DNA of 64,000 nt from a bacterium. Lineage in GTDB: Bacteria > 4484-113 > JAFGCY01. The number at the start of each line of letters is the position of its first letter. The first letter of the stretch is position 1. The notes beneath the pieces are model-generated. The model saw only the letters and a list, made by a program, of their open reading frames with translations, had not been told where the DNA came from and did not search any database. Shown piece after piece: positions 49,421 through 57,634 of this stretch. The stretch spans positions 90,801-154,800 of the forward strand of contig JAGRNT010000003.1 in NCBI GenBank assembly GCA_020440605.1, written 5' to 3'. Made by a program: the position numbers and the translations under genes.

Positions 49421-49780
49421 ATGAAAGTGTGGATCATGGTATTGCTTCTGCTGCTGTCGCTTTGCACAGCGGCTGCCGCCAGCCCCTTTGACGGTATGAG
49501 CGTTGAACAGATCCGTGCGCATGAGGACTTCACCCCCGATACGCAGAGCATGTCCTGGGCCACCAACAGTGGTGATCCGGATGCGCCGCATATCTACTGG
49601 TGGATCGGCTACATCCCCGACGGCGACAAGCGTATCTACTTCACCAGTTACGGTGAGGCTCTGACCTGTGTCCAGTGGCAGGAGACCGGCGAATGGGTGC
49701 CGATGTGGGTTCGCGAAGCGCTGGACAAGCTCGTGGCTGAGGAGATCATCGTCCTGAAGCCCGGCAAGTCTGAGAAGTAG
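49421..49780 (+). CDS. Small secreted protein
   Basis: GGAGG SD; MKVWIMVLLLLLSLCTAAAA signal; TATAAT at 49383-49388. Confidence 0.75.
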   Translation: MKVWIMVLLLLLSLCTAAAASPFDGMSVEQIRAHEDFTPDTQSMSWATNSGDPDAPHIYWWIGYIPDGDKRIYFTSYGEALTCVQWQETGEWVPMWVREALDKLVAEEIIVLKPGKSEK

Positions 49781-49835
49781 GCGAGCTGAGGGATCCGGCA
49801 GGCGGCTTCCTGCGGGGAAGCCCAGGGGAGGAAGC

Positions 49836-50753
49836 ATGCGGGCAGGAAATGGAATGGGATTCATGCTGGCGATTGTGCTGGGCACGATCATGCTGGCATC
49901 CTGCAATGACAACGGGAGCCGGGAGGCGGAAACTGCGGAAGCGGTGAACCCTCCCGGTTCTGCCGTTTCTGAGATGGAAGCCGGAACCTCACAGGATTCC
50001 GCGGCGCTGCAGGCTTCCGGGGATGCGGTGGATGACACGCTTGATGACGCCGCTGCCACCCCTTCTGAGGATTCAGGCAAGGACATTCTCGAGCGACACT
50101 GGCAGCAGTCCCTGCTCAACTTCACCGATCCCCTGTCCATGAACATGGAGCTGAAGCGGGCGGAATTCAATCCTGCTGATGGCGCCAACATGTCCCTCTT
50201 GCATTTCGAAGCCAGCTGCCAGCTGGGACGCAGCGACTGGATCTACAAGGATCTGGTGATGGACGATCTCAAGTCCACTCAGAGTGCGACGCTTGAGCTT
50301 GACATCTGCAGCATCGAGCTGATGCCGCTCCTGCGCAATCCGGTGGTGCAGGGCCGGACCTCTACCGGAGGAACCCGCCTGCGCATGGATGGCGGCCTGC
50401 GTTTCATCGTGCGCGATCCTGAAGGCGTGGAGATGGGCAGCTTCGTCGTGGGAGACGAGGGGATGATGGAGGATTCCGAAAAGGGTGAGGCGTATTCCTG
50501 GAGGATCTCCGATACGGATGACGCGATGATGCCGACAGAATACGTCTTCTTCCGCACACCGAAGCCGGGTGAACCGATCCACTATCTGTTCGGCGTGAGT
50601 TACCGCCATGGCAGCATGGCGCGCCAGGTGGTGAACGATCCGCTTGGCAACGAAATCACCTACAAGTTCCCGAATGGCAGCGTCCAGGTCCTGCCTCCGA
50701 ATCCGCCCAAGCGTGAAAAGAAGCCGGCGGATGGCGAAGTCCGCCGCGAGTAG
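49836..50753 (+). CDS. Lipoprotein, paralog of 61405-62445
   Basis: IMLASCND; PLSMNM...DGANMSLLHFE...LDICSIELMPLL...RDPEGVEMGSF. Confidence 0.75.
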   Translation: MRAGNGMGFMLAIVLGTIMLASCNDNGSREAETAEAVNPPGSAVSEMEAGTSQDSAALQASGDAVDDTLDDAAATPSEDSGKDILERHWQQSLLNFTDPLSMNMELKRAEFNPADGANMSLLHFEASCQLGRSDWIYKDLVMDDLKSTQSATLELDICSIELMPLLRNPVVQGRTSTGGTRLRMDGGLRFIVRDPEGVEMGSFVVGDEGMMEDSEKGEAYSWRISDTDDAMMPTEYVFFRTPKPGEPIHYLFGVSYRHGSMARQVVNDPLGNEITYKFPNGSVQVLPPNPPKREKKPADGEVRRE

Positions 50754-50776
50754 GCGCTGCGCTGTAGAATCAGGGC

Positions 50777-52522
50777 ATGCTTCACAGACTGATCATCAGC
50801 ACAATCCTGTGCTGCCTTCTGCCGGCGGTGGTGTTTGCCAACGGCTACGACACCTACAGTGCGCCGATTGCCTGGAGCCCGGACAGCAGCGAGCTGTGCG
50901 TGATCCAGGGCTGCGGCTGGCCGCAGCCGCAGATCGCCAGCCAGGCCAGTGTGCAGATCTACGATGAATACGGCCGCATCCAGTACGACCTTGGCAGCTG
51001 GGATGCGGGCTCACCCAGCTACAGTCCGGACGGGAAGTATCTTGCTGTGATTGCCAACGGCCAGGCCCAGCTCTTCATCCGGGATGGTTATGAAGCGCTG
51101 GATCCGGTGGATCTGGAAGGCAGTGGTCTGGACCTGGCATTCGTGGGCCGCCCCGATGAGTACGAACTGGCCTACAGTGTCGGGCCGCGCTTCTACGGTG
51201 CCAGTCTGGTGATCCAGCAGCCGGAGGGTGGCAACGAGACGGAGCTGCCGAAGCCGCTGCCGGGTGACAGTGCGATCAGCCTCAGGCAGTGCAGTGCCGA
51301 CTGGCGCATGGCCTTCCTGCTGCAGAGCACGGATCCCGGCGCTCCGGCCTATGAGAGGGTGTACGGTTTTGACGACGACGGCACGCCCCATCAGCTCACC
51401 CGGCCCCAGCTCAGGCCGGATGACTACCACGAAAGCAACATCTGCTTCATGCCCGATGGCAGCCTGCTGTTCCAGCGTGGCGGCTGGGGCGACTGGCACA
51501 TCTTCCGGCTTGATCCTTCCACGGATCGCGAGACCCTGCTCGTCCCGGATGCGCAGCAGCCCAGTGTCAGCGGGGATGGCCGCCTGATTGCCTTCACGCG
51601 GCGCAGCTATGCTGACAAGCAGAAGGTGGAATATGACTGGGAGATCCCGCCGGGGGTCTGGGTCCGCGATCTGGCAACGGACCAGGAATGGCGCATCAGT
51701 GACAACGAGAATGAGGCTGAGCACCCGGTGCTATCGCCTGATGGGCGCAGGCTGGCCTGGCTGCAGAACATGGAAGGCGAGCCGCGGCTGATGGTTCGCA
51801 GCGTGATCGGTTTCACCGGTGTGCTCGGGCATCCAGACAGCCCGTCGCATGATGAAGGCGCGGAGGAATATGTCCCGCAGATGGATGAGCCGCTGATCGA
51901 AGGCGCCTATGACGATGAACTGGGCGAAATTGACAGCACGGCTGAACCGCTCTCCCCTAAGGCCATGGAGATCAGCTACGTGAAGTTCGAGTGCACGAAT
52001 GGCGACATCATCTTCGCCGTGCACCACGAGTGGAACCCACTGGCGGCGGAACGCTTCCTGACTCTTGTCAACAGTGGCTACTACGATGGCGCGCCCTGGT
52101 TCCGCGTGATCGACGGCTTCGTGGCCCAGTGCGGGATCAGTGCTGATCCGCGCCTGAACAGGGAGTGGGATGAGGCGACCTTCCCGGATGAGGAGGTGCT
52201 GGTTGGCAACACGCGCGGGATGGTGGCCTTCGGCAAGACCGGTGATCCGGACTCGCGCACCACGCACATCTACATCAACTATGGTGACAACTCGCGCCTC
52301 GATGAGAAGGGCTTCAGCGCCTTTGCCGAGGTCTGGCAGGGCATGGATGTGGCCGACGGACTGTTCCGCTGCGAGTACAACGACCAGGAAGGCCTGGCCG
52401 CCGAAGGTGGGCTGGCACTGTTCAGGGAGATGTTCCCCGAGGCGGACTACATCCGCATGGCGACGGTGCTCGGCGGGGATCCGCCGGCATGGCATCCTGA
52501 GGGAGATGCCGCCGAGGAGTAG
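50777..52522 (+). CDS. Secreted TolB/PD40-like propeller fused to a cyclophilin-type peptidyl-prolyl isomerase
   Basis: IAWSPDS, PSYSPDGK, PSVSGDGR, PVLSPDGR; then WFRVIDGFVAQCG...NTRGMVAFG...DSRTTHIYINYGDNSRLD...FAEVWQGMDV. TAGAAT 6 nt upstream. Confidence 0.88.
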   Translation: MLHRLIISTILCCLLPAVVFANGYDTYSAPIAWSPDSSELCVIQGCGWPQPQIASQASVQIYDEYGRIQYDLGSWDAGSPSYSPDGKYLAVIANGQAQLFIRDGYEALDPVDLEGSGLDLAFVGRPDEYELAYSVGPRFYGASLVIQQPEGGNETELPKPLPGDSAISLRQCSADWRMAFLLQSTDPGAPAYERVYGFDDDGTPHQLTRPQLRPDDYHESNICFMPDGSLLFQRGGWGDWHIFRLDPSTDRETLLVPDAQQPSVSGDGRLIAFTRRSYADKQKVEYDWEIPPGVWVRDLATDQEWRISDNENEAEHPVLSPDGRRLAWLQNMEGEPRLMVRSVIGFTGVLGHPDSPSHDEGAEEYVPQMDEPLIEGAYDDELGEIDSTAEPLSPKAMEISYVKFECTNGDIIFAVHHEWNPLAAERFLTLVNSGYYDGAPWFRVIDGFVAQCGISADPRLNREWDEATFPDEEVLVGNTRGMVAFGKTGDPDSRTTHIYINYGDNSRLDEKGFSAFAEVWQGMDVADGLFRCEYNDQEGLAAEGGLALFREMFPEADYIRMATVLGGDPPAWHPEGDAAEE

Positions 52523-52660
52523 AAATTGAGGTTTATCCATAACAGATGTTATGTGTAATTCCCAAAAAATCACCCTGAGCAGGGATCCTGCCTGCTTGCC
52601 GCCTGAACAGCACTCATTGTATAATTTCCGACACCTATTTAGGAATCAGCGGAGCATCTG

Positions 52661-53353
52661 ATGAGGCAAGTGATCTTTGCCGCGTTGATCGCGGCGGCAC
52701 TGACGGTATTTGCAGGGGGCAATTCCACGGCCTGGGCGGCCTGTGGTTGCAAGGACAAGTGCGGGTGCTCCCAGAAGGCTGACTGCGGCTGCAAGGACAA
52801 ATGCGGCTGTGAGAAACCCAAGTGCAACAAGTGCGAAAGCAAATGCGGTTGCGAAAAGCCCAAGTGCAACAAGTGTGAGAGCAAGTGCGGCTGCGAGAAG
52901 CCGAAGTGTGGCTGCTCCAAGCCCAGCTGCGGTTGTGAGAAGCCGAAGTGCGGATGCTCCAACGGCTGCGACTGCTGCGTGGAGAAGGTCCCGCAGAATC
53001 ACCACCCCTATGAGTGCATGTTCCGTGGCAGCAGCATGGTCTGCGATACCGGCTGCTGCGGTGGCCCGGTCTGCGTACCGCAGTGCCAGGTCTGCACCAC
53101 CACCTGCACCAAGCATGAATGCAGCGACGGCTGCGGCTGCACCCAGGTGAGCTGGGAAAGCCACACCACCTGCAGCGCTCCGGTGCGCCCGCGCACCATC
53201 CCCTGGTGGTTCAACATCGAAGCCGGCAGCGGCAACATCTACCTCGAGGGTGATGAGAAGTGGGAAGGTTCCACCGAAGAGGCTGGTGATGAGATGGCCA
53301 GCGCCGAGGTGAAGACGGAAAAGACTGAAAGCACTGAGTCCAGCGAAGCTTAA
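52661..53353 (+). CDS. Secreted Cys-rich metallothionein-like protein 1
   Basis: Signal peptide, KCGCEKP/KCNKCES repeats, further Cys-rich domain, acidic tail; TATAAT at 52620-52625 and GGAG SD. Confidence 0.8.
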   Translation: MRQVIFAALIAAALTVFAGGNSTAWAACGCKDKCGCSQKADCGCKDKCGCEKPKCNKCESKCGCEKPKCNKCESKCGCEKPKCGCSKPSCGCEKPKCGCSNGCDCCVEKVPQNHHPYECMFRGSSMVCDTGCCGGPVCVPQCQVCTTTCTKHECSDGCGCTQVSWESHTTCSAPVRPRTIPWWFNIEAGSGNIYLEGDEKWEGSTEEAGDEMASAEVKTEKTESTESSEA

Positions 53354-53431
53354 GCCTGGCACGCCGGAACTCGAAATAGTACTCAGGCAGAAACCAAACA
53401 TACAGACGGAGAAATCCGGGAGGGTTAGAAG

Positions 53432-53953
53432 ATGAAGAAGTACGTGATCAGCAGCTTCCTGGCAGTGATGGCGGTGTTCGCCCTGCTGGGTTCTGCTTCC
53501 GCCGCCACCATCGGCAATTCGGTCAATGAGGCCGTCGCTGCCGTCAACATGCAGATCGACACCATCAGTGTCGAGGTCGCCCACTGCGGCAAGTGCGGCA
53601 TGGGTGAAGCCCATGCCGAGAAGCCGATGACCGCGCATGCTGACAACTGCGGCTGTGGCTGCAAGAGCAAGTGCGGCTGCAGCAAGCCGAAGTGTGGTTG
53701 CTCCAAGCCCAAGTGCGGCTGTGAGAAGCCGAAGTGCGGTTGCTCCAAGCCCAAGTGCGGCTGCGAAAAGCCGAAGTGTGGCTGCTCCAAGCCCAAGTGC
53801 GGCTGCGAGAAGCCGAAGTGTGGTTGTGAGAAGAAGTGCGGCTGCAAGGACCCCTGCGAGTGCTGCCCGAAGAAGGTGGAGAACTACCCCGATGCCAACC
53901 GTGGTGCCGAGGGTGAGTGGGCCCGTGATGGCCTGAGCCGCCAGCGCGCCTGA
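53432..53953 (+). CDS. Secreted Cys-rich metallothionein-like protein 2
   Basis: Signal ending ASA; seven KPKCGC[SE] heptads flanked by KSKCGCS and KKCGCKD; GGGAGG SD. Confidence 0.82.
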   Translation: MKKYVISSFLAVMAVFALLGSASAATIGNSVNEAVAAVNMQIDTISVEVAHCGKCGMGEAHAEKPMTAHADNCGCGCKSKCGCSKPKCGCSKPKCGCEKPKCGCSKPKCGCEKPKCGCSKPKCGCEKPKCGCEKKCGCKDPCECCPKKVENYPDANRGAEGEWARDGLSRQRA

Positions 53954-53984
53954 TCCGCGCATCTGGTTGCTGATGAAGTAACTG

Positions 53985-54019
53985 AAGGCGGCTGGGGATT
54001 CCCCGGCCGCCTTTTACTT
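53985..54019 (+). terminator. Rho-independent terminator after the Cys-rich pair
   Basis: AAGGCGGCTGGGG-ATT-CCCCGGCCGCCTT followed by TTACTT. Confidence 0.75.
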
Positions 54020-54121
54020 ATCCGGCGGCCGCAGGGTGGCGGCTGACCGGACAGTTATCTCAGGGAACGCTTGCCTGCAGGGATCTGCAGGGTGAGAACG
54101 GATTGATGGCAGGGAGCCGGG

Positions 54122-54526
54122 ATGATGAGGCTTACAGAAATCGAGAGCATTCCAAGCAGTCATGTGGACAGGCTTGAGCAGGTCGGAGTGGAGACCGTGG
54201 AAGGTCTGATGGCGCATTGCCGTACGCAGCATGGCCGCACGGAACTCAGCCGCGTGAGCGGCATCAGTGAGAACCTGCTGCTGGGCTGGGCCCAGCGTGC
54301 GGAGTTGGCGGCCGTCGAAGGACTTTCCGAGGAATTCGCCGACCTGTTCGAGACCGCCGGTCTGGGCGGCCTGCAGGAACTGGCGGAATATGATGTTGCG
54401 GAACTGCTGGAGTTGCTGGAACGTACGAATGACGGCAGCCAGATCGTGCTGGAACTGCCGCTCCCGGACCAGGTGGCGGACTGGATCAGCCAGGCGCGGA
54501 TCCTGCCCAGACAGCTCGAATATTGA
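54122..54526 (+). CDS. DUF4332 domain protein
   Basis: LEQVGVETVEGL...GRTELSRVSGISENLLLGWAQRAEL..VEGL..EFADLFETAG...LP..DQVADWISQA. Confidence 0.8.
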   Translation: MMRLTEIESIPSSHVDRLEQVGVETVEGLMAHCRTQHGRTELSRVSGISENLLLGWAQRAELAAVEGLSEEFADLFETAGLGGLQELAEYDVAELLELLERTNDGSQIVLELPLPDQVADWISQARILPRQLEY

Positions 54527-54556
54527 CCTTCTTCGCCGGCAGGCTAGAATCTAGGC

Positions 54557-55312
54557 ATGGCACCTGGATGGGGAGGAACAGGCGGGGGACGCGCGCCGGT
54601 CAGCATGGAGCAGCCCAGGCGGCGTGGTACGGAGCGCTGCCCCAAGTGCCGGGTGAACATGGAAGTGCATCTCACCTACCACCGCTGTCCGACCTGCGGC
54701 CGCGAGCAGCGCAAGGCCACCAGCATCCGGCGCGATCGCATGGCCCTGGATGAACAGCAGATGCCGCCCTTCATTCAGCGCCTGCGTGAATCAATGCTGG
54801 CCCCCTCCCGTGTATCGGCCACACCCAGCTCGCGGGAATTCATGGATCTGGAGCCCAGCGGGCAGCTCGCCGTGGAGCGCTTCCTGCTCTGGTGCCTGCT
54901 CGGAGCCACGGTCTGGCTGATCCTGCTGCCGACACTGCTCCAGGCTGAACCGCAGCCCCTGGCCTATACCTGGGGCAGCCCGCTTCTCTTTCTATGGCTG
55001 CCGGCACTGATCAGCCTGGCAGCCATGGGAGCCGTGCTCCATAACAGCACTGGTTATCGCCGGGGAATGTTCTGGGCCTGTGCCGGAGCCGCACTACTCT
55101 GCCTGCTGATTGCCATCTTCGCTCAGCGCAGCTTTGCGACTGAACTCTACGCTGTCTATCCGCATCTGCAGCGTATCGTGCTGATCGGGCGGCGCGGCTA
55201 CAACCTGCTCACGGCACCGGGGGCGGATGTCTGGCTCTGGCTCAATGGCTGCTTCTGGGCGCTCTGCGCCTGGCATATCCGCCATGAGGAACGCCAGCTC
55301 GGTCGGCTCTGA
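54557..55312 (+). CDS. Membrane protein with N-terminal zinc ribbon
   Basis: CPKC...CPTC, then about four TM helices; TAGAAT 6 nt upstream. Confidence 0.75.
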   Translation: MAPGWGGTGGGRAPVSMEQPRRRGTERCPKCRVNMEVHLTYHRCPTCGREQRKATSIRRDRMALDEQQMPPFIQRLRESMLAPSRVSATPSSREFMDLEPSGQLAVERFLLWCLLGATVWLILLPTLLQAEPQPLAYTWGSPLLFLWLPALISLAAMGAVLHNSTGYRRGMFWACAGAALLCLLIAIFAQRSFATELYAVYPHLQRIVLIGRRGYNLLTAPGADVWLWLNGCFWALCAWHIRHEERQLGRL

Positions 55313-55318
55313 GCGCAG

Positions 55319-56296
55319 CTATTCCGGCTTCATGTACTGGTCATCCAGCAGGTAGTGCAGGAAGGCCTTCAGTGCATCACGGAACACGAGCTTCGAATCG
55401 CCCAGCAGCACCTGCAGGTCGGGGCTAGGCTCGCGGATCATTTCCAGCAGGATGTGCGCCGTCAGCAGCTCGCGCTGGCGCAGCTGGTGCTGCAGCTCCT
55501 GGGCCCGGTCCAGCAGCTGCAGGCAGGTATCACTCATGCCCTGCTGGCTGACGGATTCCGTTGGCAATTCCTGCAGCAGCTCCTGCAGGGAGGCCAGTGT
55601 GCCTTCGCTGTCATAACCCAGTTCAGTGAGGATCCTGTAGGCACTGCAGTTCAGCATCCGCAGCATTCCGTAGAACAGGTGCAGGGGTTCGATGTGCGCG
55701 CTGCCGGAGTTGAAGCAGATGTAGGCCGCGCGGGCGAAGATCTTCTGGCAATAGGCTGACATCACCAGATCCGAGATGCGCAGGTGGGCAGTCAGGCCGC
55801 GGCTGCTTCCGGACTTCGCTGAACTGCTCAGCTTCGACCCATCCCGGCTGGGCCGTTCTCCCCTGAGGAACATCGAGTACATTTCGCGTATCTTTTTGTG
55901 GTCGATGTTGTGCTCCTCGAACAGATCGCGGAGGAACTGGCTACGCTCCTGCGAGAGAGCGATCAACAGATGCGATGTGCCGATTTCATCATGGTGCAGG
56001 CGCTTGACTTCCTTGAAGGCCAGGTCCAGCAGGGCCAGGGTGCGGGTGGAGAATGATGCGCTGCCCTTGTAGTCCTGGGAATGCTCATAGAGATGGGCTT
56101 CCAGACTGTAGGTCAGTTTGGGCAGGTTGACATTCAGCTCATGCATGACCTGCACTGCCGTACTGGATCTCAGGTTGACTATGGAGTAGAAGATGTGTTC
56201 GGGCTGGAGATACTGATTGTTGAACTGGGCACAGATCTCCGAAGCCCTGAAGATTGCCTTCTTCGCACTGAAACTGAAGAAATTGTAGAAGTCCAT
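55319..56296 (-). CDS. Stand-alone protein with two tandem Clp N-terminal domains, no AAA module
   Basis: FSAKKAI...LQPEHIFYSI; FSTRT...IGTSHLLIAL; second unit IEPLHLFYGML...LLTAHILLEM; GGGAGG SD before MDFYN. Confidence 0.8.
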   Translation of the reverse strand: MDFYNFFSFSAKKAIFRASEICAQFNNQYLQPEHIFYSIVNLRSSTAVQVMHELNVNLPKLTYSLEAHLYEHSQDYKGSASFSTRTLALLDLAFKEVKRLHHDEIGTSHLLIALSQERSQFLRDLFEEHNIDHKKIREMYSMFLRGERPSRDGSKLSSSAKSGSSRGLTAHLRISDLVMSAYCQKIFARAAYICFNSGSAHIEPLHLFYGMLRMLNCSAYRILTELGYDSEGTLASLQELLQELPTESVSQQGMSDTCLQLLDRAQELQHQLRQRELLTAHILLEMIREPSPDLQVLLGDSKLVFRDALKAFLHYLLDDQYMKPE

Positions 56297-56358
56297 GCCT
56301 GCCTCCCGCTGCAATTCCATTCTACTGCGCGTACATCCTGCGGATAAGATACTGGCCC

Positions 56359-57276
56359 ATGAACCCCGGCTATGCCTTCCTGCTGGCGCGTGTGATCGGC
56401 ATGGGCCTCGAGCGCCCGCTGGTCAAGCGGCTCGGCGTGGAGCGGGACAGCGTTGCCAGCGTGGTGCTCTATGTCGGGGCGGGCGAGCTGATGTTCCTCG
56501 CCGTGCTTGCCTGGCAATACATGCAGGACCCGGCGCTGGCTGCCAACCTGCAAAGTTGGCTGCCCCTGGCGATCATCCCCGGGCTGCTGAATGCCGCCTG
56601 CTTCTACTCCTTCATCGCCGCGATGCGCGTGGGCGAGGTCAGTCTGCTCACCCCGCTGTTCGCATCCTGCTTCGTGCTGATGTATGCGATTGATGTTGTT
56701 GCTGGTTTTGCGGCACTGGCGCTGCTTCCGCTGGCTGGTGTGCTGCTTGTCACTCTGGGCGTGGCCTTCCTCAGTCCCGCGCAGGCCGAGGCCGGGCGCC
56801 GTATATCGGTCTGGCAACGCTATGACCCGCGCTGGCTGCTGGCCCAGCCCGGTGCCGTGCTGATGCTTGTGAATGCGACGGCCTTTGCACTCGTGCGCTT
56901 CTTTGACAAGAGCATGGCTCCTGAGGCCCATCCCGTGCTGTACGCGTTGATTGTCAACCTGCCAACGGTGCTGATCGGACTTGTACTGCTGGCTGTCGGC
57001 AGTCTGCGCGGCAGGGCATCGTCAATGGCTGCCCTGAGGGCACTGGCCCGCGAACGCTGGCGCATCCTGTTGTGGCTGACGATCTTCGGCCAGGGGGCCT
57101 TCCTGATGCTCCTGTATTCCCTCGACTACTTCCCGCCCAGCGTGATCGAACCCGTCACCCAGCTCGGGGTGTTCATTGCCATAGCACTTGGCGGCCTGTG
57201 GTTCGGTGAACAGACCAGCGCGCGCTGGCTGCCCGCTGCCATGGTGGTGGCTGGCGCTGGATTGCTGCTTGTTTGA
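56359..57276 (+). CDS. EamA/DMT superfamily transporter
   Basis: About 10 TM helices in two repeats (GEVSLLTPL; PSVIEPV...GGLWFGE). Confidence 0.85.
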   Translation: MNPGYAFLLARVIGMGLERPLVKRLGVERDSVASVVLYVGAGELMFLAVLAWQYMQDPALAANLQSWLPLAIIPGLLNAACFYSFIAAMRVGEVSLLTPLFASCFVLMYAIDVVAGFAALALLPLAGVLLVTLGVAFLSPAQAEAGRRISVWQRYDPRWLLAQPGAVLMLVNATAFALVRFFDKSMAPEAHPVLYALIVNLPTVLIGLVLLAVGSLRGRASSMAALRALARERWRILLWLTIFGQGAFLMLLYSLDYFPPSVIEPVTQLGVFIAIALGGLWFGEQTSARWLPAAMVVAGAGLLLV

Positions 57277-57294
57277 GAGGACGAAGAAAAATTG

Positions 57295-57618
57295 TTCACC
57301 ACAAAGAGCACGAAGCACACGAAGATTTCAGATCGATCACAAAGCAATCTTTGAGAGCCTGAAACTGCTCTGTGGACTTGGAGAGCTTGGTGGTGATGTA
57401 AATTTTCAACCACAAAGGGCACGAAGCACACGAAGATATCAGGTCGATCACAAAGCAATCTTTGAGAGCCTGAAACTGCTTTGTGAACTTGGAAAACTTG
57501 GTGGTGATGAAGATTCCAACCACAAAGGGCACGAAGCACACGAAGATATAAGGTCGATCACAAAGCAATCTTTGAGAGCCTGAAAATGCTTCGTGATCTT
57601 GGTGTTCTTTGTGGTGAA
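57295..57618. repeat. REPIN/MITE-like element of three ~110-bp tandem palindromic units
   Basis: Units start at 57298, 57409 and 57519 (ACCACAAAG.GCACGAAGCACACGAAG...). Ends TTCACCACAAAG / CTTTGTGGTGAA form a perfect 12-bp terminal IR. Confidence 0.9.
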
Positions 57619-57634
57619 TTTCCTTTGGGGTTTC

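Noticed and set aside
52646-53962. 438-aa minus-strand ORF and 107/140-aa FSQPHLGLEQ ORFs
   Set aside because: Antisense shadows of the Cys-rich repeats; the plus strand has the promoter, SD sites, signal peptides and terminator.
57295-57618. CRISPR array
   Set aside because: The segments between the repeats are near-identical rather than unique spacers, the period is about 110 bp, and no cas genes are present.
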